A stretch of DNA of 63,279 bases, the filler included, from Octopus bimaculoides (lineage: Eukaryota): NCBI RefSeq assembly GCF_001194135.2. It is 6 parts of 6 records of this genome, joined end to end, with 100 filler letters (N's around TTAATTAATTAA, not from the genome) between each part and the next. Parts side by side here need not be neighbours in the genome. Positions count along the whole stretch, not along the records: positions 36,239 to 40,583 come from NC_068993.1; positions 40,684 to 50,934 come from NC_068991.1; 4 more parts are not named here. One strand, written 5' to 3'. Of the stretch, positions 37,819-47,367 are shown one piece after another. A model generated the notes under the pieces. The model worked only from the letters and a program-made list of their open reading frames with translations, had not been told where the DNA came from and ran no database searches. The position numbers and the translations under genes are program-made. The first letter of the stretch is position 1, and each line of letters opens with the position of its first letter.

Positions 37819-38665
37819 TACATACATATATATATACATATATATATATATGTATGCATGTATGTGTGTGTGTATGTATGTATGTATGTATATATAGATG
37901 TATATAATATATATACGAGTGCGTGTGTTTGTGGTGGGTATGTGTATGTTCATATATACGTCATAAGTCTTTTTATCGTGTAGATTATTTAAAGTGTTGT
38001 GACCAACAGTTTCAATTTCTTTCAAAGAAACTCGTCTGATGTCTGAGTTAGTGTCGGCTGCTTTAAGCGAGTTATGTAATTACCAAGCAGAAACATATAT
38101 AATATAGCAAGCCGTTCTCTTCCTTTCAATTTTAGATTTTTCATTCATTCATCTTTCATTAATTTTTTCTCTTTTTACGAGTTTTTTTTTTTTCCTTTGT
38201 CTTTTTACCATCTCCGAAATTTTTTTCTTACAAATTTTTCGGTTGCTTCATCTTTATCCTAATCGTTTTGGGGTTCTTTATATTTTCCACCATCCCCTTA
38301 TTATTATCCCCTCCTATTCCTTCTCCCCACGCTTATTTTCTTTCTATGTTTCTACCCACCGCCAACCACACTTCGTGCCTAATTTTAGTCCAAATCATTT
38401 GCCGCTTTAATCTCATTTAGATTGAACAAGTCTTGTCCACTTTAGTTTTCTTAATCACTAGAAGCTGGTGTTTCACGATAATGTTGTGTGATAAAGATAT
38501 TTTGAATCTATTGAAAGTCGGTTCAATAATTGATTGATTGATTCGTTATGGCGCACATTAGTTAGTAGATTATCATCCACCAAGCAAACTGCCAGAGACA
38601 CAAGGCAAACCAAGGCAAGGTAAAACTCAGAGAATGCGCTCTTGCTCGCTGCCTTGCTTCATTAG

Positions 38666-38782
38666 TCAGTTCAAATTTAACAAGCCGCCATTGAAATGAA
38701 ATAAAAGAAGTTCTTTCAACTAAGATGGACACGACGTGAAAAAGAGTCTATAACGCTTAGAAGAGAAGACGAGAAAATGGCG
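38666..38782 (+). promoter_or_regulatory. Candidate promoter (Inr-like TCAGTT plus two YY1-like sites)
   Basis: TCAGTT at 38666-38671, GCCGCCATT at 38684-38692, AAAATGGCG at 38774-38782, in a long repeat-free stretch. Confidence 0.25.
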
Positions 38783-40523
38783 TCTCAAGCTGTCAATCAG
38801 AATCTGATTTTTCACCATTTTAGAGATTATAATTTTTTAAATTTTTCTTTTTTAATCTCTTTTTTGCGTTTAATCATAATAAAATCTTAAAAAGATAAAC
38901 TAGTATAATCGAAAATGAAGTCACCAAAGAAAAAAACACAAAGCGAGCGGGAGAAATAACTGCTAAGCGTTATGGCTGCATTAATAGGGCTGGTTTTTAC
39001 AAAAAGGTTTAGCTCCTTCGTTGCAGAGGCGAGGTGGCCCAAGTGATGAGGTAATTTGCAAGTAAAATGTATCGAGTGTCACAATTAACCAAAGGAAGAC
39101 AACTTAGAATTCATGGTTTTTATTTTTTTATTCAACCGTTTGAGTTTGTTTTTTTTTTTCTTTGCTAAGTTTTTCCTTTCGTTACTCAGCAACGCATGTA
39201 CTAACGTTTGAGACCAATTTATATTCTGTATTGAATGTCTTGTGACCAAATACATTCAACCGAAAGGAGGACGTTGATGTTGTGATGTTCACGCTTTTGG
39301 CAAACACCATCAGTGACTCGGTCGGAATTCTGTAGCTCACTCGGCTTTTCAAGTTATGGACTACAAGCATATTGATTGGTTTCTTACTATGACACAAACT
39401 CTCACAGATCTGAAATGGATCGAATGACTCCATGCTATCGATCACAATATATATTCCAGATAGCTATCATATCGATTCTCGAATAGATTTGAAAGGTAAG
39501 CACTGCCTTGGTAGGATTCGAAATCTGAACTTATTGAAGTGAATCTAAATTTAGTTTGCATCTGCTGTATTAGATAAGACGCAACTGGCAACAACACAAA
39601 CGTGCTGTGTTTGTTTAGGAAACAGGATAACTTCTTCGCGGTTATTTGAGATTTTTGAAATAGCAGCCAAGTATCTGTGCAGTCACACACAACCGTCTTT
39701 ATGAAGTAAAGATAAATGATGTCAAGTAAGACATCATGAACGCAAACACATTATATACGTTTAGCAAAGAAAACTCTGCGTGGTTGCTCGACGTGTTAGA
39801 ATAGCAACCAAATCTCCATAAAATCAACTTTCTTTTCTCTTTTTAATAATATACTTGGACAATATAATTCCAACACCACTATGCCTGGAAAATAAAATAT
39901 GGCTGGTCATGGTTGATGCACCTTTGATCGTAGGTTTTACCCGATCAGAACTGACCTGGCGCTAATCAACAAACATCAACACCCTTCGTACGTTATGTGT
40001 TTCAAAACACGTTGTTTGGGGCTGAAATTTGCGCAGAAATTAACATAACACAACCAGCTGCTTTCTAGTATGTAATTCTAATTTGATTGTATCATATTTC
40101 TGAATTCATATCTCGCCAGTGTTTGGCCCGCCATTGTCTTTCATCTCTCGTCTCTGCCACGTCGATAATACAAGTACAAATAAGTCACACAATGCAGTCG
40201 ATTAAATCGAGTATATAATCGCCCGACCACGTTCCTCCGTAGAATAACGTAAATATTGTCTAGGAATCAAATCAATACTTCATACAATAATAGCCATGAA
40301 GTGCCGTCACATAAATGGTAAGCTGCTGGCGAAATAAATTAGGCGCGGGTATGGCTGTGCGTTTAGAATCTCGTTTTCCAGTCACATGTAGAGTTTCAAT
40401 TCTTTTGCACGGTGTTGTGGGCCAACTTTTGATTATTTTTTTTTTACCATAGGTTCAGATTAACCACTATACTGTAGGTGAAATTTTGCAGGAGGAAACA
40501 ACGCGAAATCACGGCCATATTTC

Positions 40524-40583
<60 letters not shown>

Positions 40584-40799
40584 NNNNNNNNNNNNNNNNN
40601 NNNNNNNNNNNNNNNNNNNNNNNNNNNTTAATTAATTAANNNNNNNNNNNNNNNNNNNNNNNNNNNNNNNNNNNNNNNNNNNNATATTTCTTAAATTTCT
40701 TCGTCTTAGAAGTTAGAAAGACCCCTTCATGGGGACTTGACACCCACAATTTAGTCATTTTTCCTAAACAAAGACGAATACAGTTGTACTATTGGAACC

Positions 40800-41330
40800 T
40801 ATAGGGTCACCCGAACATAACAGATGAGCATTATTTGTAATTCAACGGTACAACAGTGTAAGACTATCCTTTCTGATATACTTAGATTGTGATTTCTGCA
40901 ATGTGGTGCATAAATTGCCAAGTAAATGAGACGCATCTTTGCCTCCACTGATTCACTTGCAAAGTGTTGAGTAAAATTATTTTGTTGCAGACCTCCTTTG
41001 AGTCTTTTTATTATCACTAGGTCACACATAATCCCCCGATGGTAACATTGATTTCAAGGCCTTCCCAGATGAGTGACTGGTTGTTCTAAGACATTTATAG
41101 ATTGTAAATTTTTTCTGCACAGTTACCTATTGGTATAGTGGTCATTTGCAAACTCCAGAAGCGACACTTTCATTTCCCTTTACTCCAAACGTCACACGTT
41201 ATTTCAATTGGGTCATGCCCTTCCAATTGCTATACATCCGTAATGTATCCAACAGCTGTGCCTGTCACCTGTATAGTGAGGAATCCTACATTGGGGAGTA
41301 GTTACGACTACGCTAGGGTAGCCGACTGAT
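40800..41330 (-). pseudogene. Possible highly decayed LINE (RTE-like) AP-endonuclease remnant
   Basis: Fragmentary motifs FGVKGK...SLLEFANDH and KSMLPSGDYV across frameshifts. Confidence 0.3.
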
Positions 41331-41440
41331 TATCGTGATCATTCGTCTTTTGGTTTCCTGTAGCTTTACTCTCTTTTACAAACCCAGTGAACATACATAT
41401 ATTTCCTATTTCAAAGAAATTCAAACAATACATATTACAC

Positions 41441-42194
41441 CCAAGTTAAAAACATTCCCAACAATTCAACTTCTCTGGCTGACATTAACATGCCCACCCC
41501 CAATAGGGGCCTTAACTCCCACATTTTAGAGCTCCAAGTGCTCCATTCTTCAGGAGCAAAATCCTTTTTACAGGGTCCATAACACTAGAATTTTGGAATA
41601 TGCGCATAAATATCAGATATATAAAGATGAGAATGTGTATCTGTGTGAATCCATAAAACTCAAGAACTACACAACCAATTTCATTCCAAATTAACACATG
41701 CCTTACTTAGGGTCCATGTAGTGTCTTAGGCCAAAACAATTTTTAACTTCTTGCATAGTTCGAGCCCACAGCAATATCATATCTCCTCCACTATTTCAGT
41801 ATTACATATCAAAAGTGAAACAATAACATCACTCTACTGTAATGTCAGATACTTTAACTTTAACACTGAAACTATTCCACTATTTCAGTATTACATGTCA
41901 AAAGTGAAACAATAACATGTCGCTACTGTAATTTCAAATACTTTCACTTTAATACTTTCAATTTCATACTGAAAGTATTAAAGTGAAACTATCCTCTCAC
42001 ATGTATATAGGCATACTGTAAGATCCAAGTTCAAAACATTCTCAACAATTCAACTTCTCTGGTTGACATTAACACACCCACCCCCAATAGGGGCCTTCAT
42101 TCCCACATTTTAGAGCTCCATGGGCTCCATTTTTCAGGAGCAAAATCCTTTTTACAGGTTCCAGAAGACTGAAATTTTGGAATATGCGCATAAA
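41441..42194 (+). repeat. 170-bp diverged direct repeat (41441-41610 and 42025-42194)
   Basis: CCAAGTT...CAATTCAACTTCTCTGG...TTTTGGAATATGCGCATAAA in both copies. Confidence 0.9.
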
Positions 42195-42359
42195 GATCAA
42201 TAGTATGGGATACATGTGTCATGATTAGAATTTTTTTTAGGGTGTGTAAAGAGGGAAAGAACCCTTATGTGCAATTTTGATGAAAATATAAGAGAAAAGT
42301 CTCATCCTTCAATTGCATGTAACATGTATAACACGGGCAATGCCGGGTATCTCTACTAG
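41613..42359 (+). mobile_element. Non-autonomous Helitron (~750 bp)
   Basis: 5' A|TC-AGATATATAAAG start; 3' hairpin CACGG-GCAATG-CCGGG followed by CTAG|T at 42356-42360; internal 89-bp tandem unit (41788 and 41877). Confidence 0.7.
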
Positions 42360-42544
42360 TATATATATATTTATATATATATAGCAATTAGAAAATGGAG
42401 GATAATATGCTGTACCCAACGACAGTGTATTCCATTGAATTAATTAACTTATTTTGTAACTAAAATGACAAAAAAACCACAAAATACAAATGTTTATCCT
42501 CAACCCCTAACTCTCTTGCATTGTATTTATATATATATATATTT

Positions 42545-42577
<33 letters not shown>

Positions 42578-43336
42578 CAGACAATATATGAGTATATGCA
42601 TATATATGTACATGTATGTATATACGTTCATCTACATGTACATATAGATACATAACTGGGTACATCACGTGGCAAAAGAACAAGGACATGGATTTCGTAA
42701 TGAGATAAAAAAAACCAAGGCTGTGTATAATATAGAACATTTATAAATAGAAGGTCTTGNNNNNNNNNNNNNNNNNNNNNNNNNNNNNNNNNNNNNNNNN
42801 NNNNNNNNNNNNNNNNNNNNNNNNNNNNNNNNNNNNNNNNNNNNNNNNNNNNNNNNNNNNNNNNNNNNNNNNNNNNNNNNNNNNNNNNNNNNNNNNNNNN
42901 NNNNNNNNNNNNNNNNNNNNNNNNNNNNNNNNNNNNNNNNNNNNNNNNNNNNNNNNNNNNNNNNNNNNNNNNNNNNNNNNNNNNNNNNNNNNNNNNNNNN
43001 NNNNNNNNNNNNNNNNNNNNNNNNNNNNNNNNNNNNNNNNNNNNNNNNNNNNNNNNNNNNNNNNNNNNNNNNNNNNNNNNNNNNNNNNNNNNNNNNNNNN
43101 NNNNNNNNNNNNNNNNNNNNNNNNNNNNNNNNNNNNNNNNNNNNNNNNNNNNNNNNNNNNNNNNNNNNNNNNNNNNNNNNNNNNNNNNNNNNNNNNNNNN
43201 NNNNNNNNNNNNNNNNNNNNNNNNNNNNNNNNNNNNNNNNNNNNNNNNNNNNNNNNNNNNNNNNNNNNNNNNNNNNNNNNNNNNNNNNNNNNNNNNNNNN
43301 NNNNNNNNNNNNNNNNNTTTATATATATATATATTT

Positions 43337-43369
<33 letters not shown>

Positions 43370-43481
43370 CAGACAATATATGAGTATATGCATATATATG
43401 TACATGTATGTATATACGTTCATCTACATGTACATATAGATACATAACTGGGTACATCACGTGGCAAAAGAACAAGGACAT

Positions 43482-43870
43482 GGATTTCGTAATGAGATAA
43501 AAAAAACCAAGGCTGTGTATAATATAGAACATTTATAAATAGAAGGTCTTGCAGCTATTTCCAGGATATTTATTATATCCATTCATCGGAGGACTGTGTG
43601 AAAGGATGGTTAAGCAATAGTTAGTTTACATAAGATAGGAAATAGAGAATGAATGTAGGGATATTGTATTTGTAAATCCATTGTTTAGGCAGAATGGTAT
43701 ACATATAAGATACCAATACCTTGTGAGTAAAATCCAATAGTCTTTAAGACTGGTCATTGCATTTGTAAATTCATTATTAAGATTCCAATTCCCTATGAGT
43801 AAGAACCAACAGTCTTTGAAATTGGTCATTCCAAATACAGAGTTTATACACAGTGTTATTGAATCAAGGG
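43482..43870 (-). mobile_element. PLE-1 3' region / pseudo-LTR with a degenerate hammerhead (43546-43595)
   Basis: 43482-43739 is repeated in inverted orientation at 45995-46239; minus strand CCGATGA-ATGGATAT-AATAA-ATATCCT-G-GAAA-TAGCTG-C-A-AGAC. Confidence 0.65.
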
Positions 43871-44602
43871 TTCCGTTTTAAGTGACCTAAAAGCAGGGGA
43901 TGTATTAGTAGGGTCAAGTCGAAAACAGGAAGAGAAAAAATGTGGAAAGAAATAGAAGAAAAAGGAAGAAGAAAATAATAAAAGGAATAAAGAAAAGAAA
44001 GGAAAAGGAATACAAAAATAGAGATAAGGGAAAGTGTACTAGAATGGTCAGTGAATATAATAAGAAGGTAGGAACGGGAGCATAAGGGTGAAAGAGAGAG
44101 AAAGGTATTAGAGTGTAGAAAGATAGAGGAAATGGGGGGTTATGGAGAGAGAGATATAAAGCTTTAAGGAGTGTCAATTGCAGTGATAGTGTCTAAATGA
44201 TGGGGCAAAAGGAATTAGGATGGTTGGATAGGTCAGTAGTATTAGCAGTAGAATAAAAACATGTGTACATATGTATGCATTAGACATGTGTGTGTATATA
44301 TATATATATATAGTTAAAAAAAACACAAAAAACATTAACAAAAAAACAACAAAGTGAGGACGTGATACGGATAGTGTTATTGGACGCTCGGGAAAGGAAG
44401 GAGATATATATATATATATATATTTTATTTATACATATCAATATCTACACATATAACTGCTACTCATATGTATATGGATATGTGCACACCCACATATACG
44501 TGTATCTGTATGTCTTATTGCCCCTGTATATGCATGAATATATACCTTATATACATACATATACCTAGAGATATGTATGCGTATACACGCATATACACAC
44601 AC

Positions 44603-45994
44603 ATGAGGGTGGCAAGGCCTGCTATTGTTAGAAGTTTTAGTTGTTTTTTTTGAGATAATGTATGTGGTTGGCGAGTGTTGTAGATTTACTATGTCTATTG
44701 TATCTGAAAGAGTGGAGGTGAGCGGCATATCGTTGCTTAAAATTTTTGGTTGATCCTATGTATATGGCTGTAGAGTTGTGTAATAGATTAAGGACAGTGC
44801 ATTTGTAAATTACATTATATCTTCTGCAATGGGTTTGTAACGGGCAGGTGGTTCCAGGACGGCAATTACAATTAGGTGAATTTTGGGGACTGTGTTCGGT
44901 AATAGAGGAGGTAGTATCTTCAGATGAGAGGTTATAGAAGTGGGTAGAAGATTCTATATTATTACTATTAGTAACATTATCATTACCAACGTTGCTATTA
45001 TTACTATTGTTGCTATTAATTGCACTATTTGTAGGGGTGGTAGAGATTGTATTGGTGCTCTGGGCAGTGTCAGTATGATGGGTTGGATTGTGGTTGTGGT
45101 CTGATATAAGGGTATCTGTGCTGGAGCTGTGCGTGTGTTGAGTGTTCGTATGACTAGAGTTGTGGTGATGTGAGTTTTGATAGTAAAGAGATAGCTTTTG
45201 CTTATTAGAGGCTGCTACAATAGATTCGAAGTTGGGTGAGGTAGAATAGGATAGTTTCAGGGTGGATTGATTAAAGATAGAATGATATTTATGTTGTCAA
45301 GGGAAGTTACAGTATAGTATTTTAAAGAAGGATTTAGCTAAGTTCTTAACGTTAAGTGAGAAAGGGGGTGTGTACCACAGAATAGAGCGTCCACCACATT
45401 TTTTTTGGTGAGGGGTCTAGGAGTCATGTTATCTAAGTTTTTAGGTAAAAGAATGCTATCTATATTTTGGGGAAAGTTATGAGGGTGGCAAGGCCTGCTA
45501 TTGTTAGAAGTTTTAGTTGTTTTCTTTTTTGACCTAGTGTTAAATGGATGTGTGTGGGGTCTAGGTTATCTAGGTTCAAGACCTTCTAGGGTTCCATTAA
45601 CGATTGTATGTTGTTGATTGCAATTGTGATGGTTGGTTCGTGTTTGGGATGTAATTTGGGATATGTGTTGTTTGAGCCTGGTGTTATGTATGTATTCTAT
45701 TTGTTGGGAAAATCTGCTAGCGGCGAGTGCTTCATTATAGTATGGTGTGTGATGATTTCTTCTGTAGAAGAGAGGTCAGATATGCGGTTTGAAATGCCCT
45801 TGATTATGTTATTGAAGGTGGATTTGTGGTGGTTGGAATGGATGTTAAGGTATTTAAGGTATTGGTTAGGTTTATGGTAAGCGCAGTATTGGGAGGTTGA
45901 TAAGTTTAAAGTTGTGTCAAGAAAGTTAGCAATTTTGTGAGTGTTTTCGAATGTAATAGATAGGTTTAGGTTAGACTATAGGTTTAGGTTAGAG
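44603..45994 (-). mobile_element. PLE-1: 5'-truncated Penelope-like element, RT C-terminus plus linker plus GIY-YIG endonuclease (Hydra-clade-like, decayed)
   Basis: NLSITFENTHKIANFLDTTLNLSTSQYCAYHKPNQYLKYLNIHSNHHKSTFNNIIKGISNRISDLSS; ILWYTPPFS; HSIFNQSTLKLSYSTSPNF; CNCRPGTTCPLQTHCRRYNVIYKCTV...YIGSTKNFKQRYAAHLHSFR...TTLANHI; contains frameshifts and stops. Confidence 0.85.
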
Positions 45995-46239
45995 TATTGG
46001 ATTTTACTCACAAGGTATTGGAATCTTATATGTATACCATTCTGCCTAAACAATGGATTTACAAATACAATATCCCTACATTCATTCTCTATATGTAAAC
46101 TAACTATTGCTTAACCATCCTCTCACACCTTCTCCGATGAAGGGATATAATAAATATCCTGGAAACAGCTGTAAGACCTTCTATTTATAAATGTTCTATA
46201 TAATACACAGCCTTGGTTTTTTATTTCATTACGAAATCC
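45995..46239 (+). mobile_element. Inverted pseudo-LTR copy at the 5' truncation of PLE-1, with hammerhead-like motif at 46131-46176
   Basis: Reverse complement of 43482-43739; TCT-CCGATGA-A-GGGATAT-AATAA-ATATCCT-G-GAAAC-AGCT-GTA-AGA. Confidence 0.8.
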
Positions 46240-46699
46240 TTATATTCACACACTAATATATGACCTACGTTGGACCCCTTATTCACATAATCACCGAACC
46301 TGGAACTTGACTATGGTCTATCCACAGCACTTACTCAGCATTACCTGAAACCTCTGGGCCTAACTGACACCACTTTCGCTCATATATATATATACAGTTA
46401 TATATATATATATATATATATTAAAATACATATATACATTCTTTGATAATAATAAGAAAATGTTTAAAACAGTTTAAAAGAAAGTATTTAAAAGAGTTCG
46501 TTTTCTGTTTGTTTTTTTCTTTGTTCGAAAAAAGTTTCTTTTCTGTTTTCGTTTTTATGTTTCCGTTTCTCATTGTGTTTAACATTTTTTTTATGCCCGG
46601 TACCCATATATGCATGTATGTATACATATAGATGTAGGTATGTACATATATGTATGGATATATGCATATATTTATATATTATGATATATATATATATAT

Positions 46700-47010
46700 A
46701 TATTTGATTCATGCCACCCAAGACACACCAAAACAAACATCCTTTCAGCCTTGCAAGAAGGATATGCACAATAGTGTCAGAACAAAATACCAGAGACTTT
46801 AGACTGCAAGAACTCAAAAATACCCTAATTGACAGACACTACTCAGTTCAACTCATAGAGGATGGAATCAGATGTGCATCACAAATTGACATAGAAAGCT
46901 TAAGAAAAGTTCAACACAGCAACACACCTTCCCCGAAAATACGGCCGTACATATCCACATACAACCCCAGAAACAAAGAAGCCTTTAGCATCATCACCCA
47001 AAATTTACCA
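46700..47010 (+). mobile_element. PLE-3 fragment (RT thumb/linker, Neptune-like)
   Basis: FDSCHPRHTKTNI/PFSLARRICTIVSEQNTRDFRLQELKNTLIDRHY...RPYISTYNPRNKEAFSIITQNLP (one frameshift); flanked by (TA)n and (CA)n. Confidence 0.8.
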
Positions 47011-47367
47011 ACGCACATATATACACACACACACCCATATATACGCGCACGCCTACATACACAGCCACATACACATGCACACACATACACACAGGAGTGC
47101 ACACACAAAATAACACACATACCTGGCACACATACGCACGCACACACATAAACACACACACACCCGTACCTAACACTCACAATCCCCCACACACACGCAC
47201 ATGCACACACACACACGCACACACCCACATACACACACACACTTCTCACCAACACTACACACTCACACAGACATGGGCATAAACAACACACGCATATACA
47301 ATAGCAAACGCACGCACACACACGTACACAGCAAGAACGATATGCACAATAGTGTCAGAACAAAATA

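Noticed and set aside
42526-43551. ~234-bp identical direct repeat either side of the 42760-43317 gap
   Set aside because: Identical copies at facing contig ends, including the flanking (TA)n; most likely an unmerged overlap rather than a tandem pLTR.
45955-45992. TTTAGG/TTAGG telomere-like repeats at the PLE-1 5' end
   Set aside because: They encode NLNL in the RT frame and are not a TTAGGG array; no evidence of telomere targeting.
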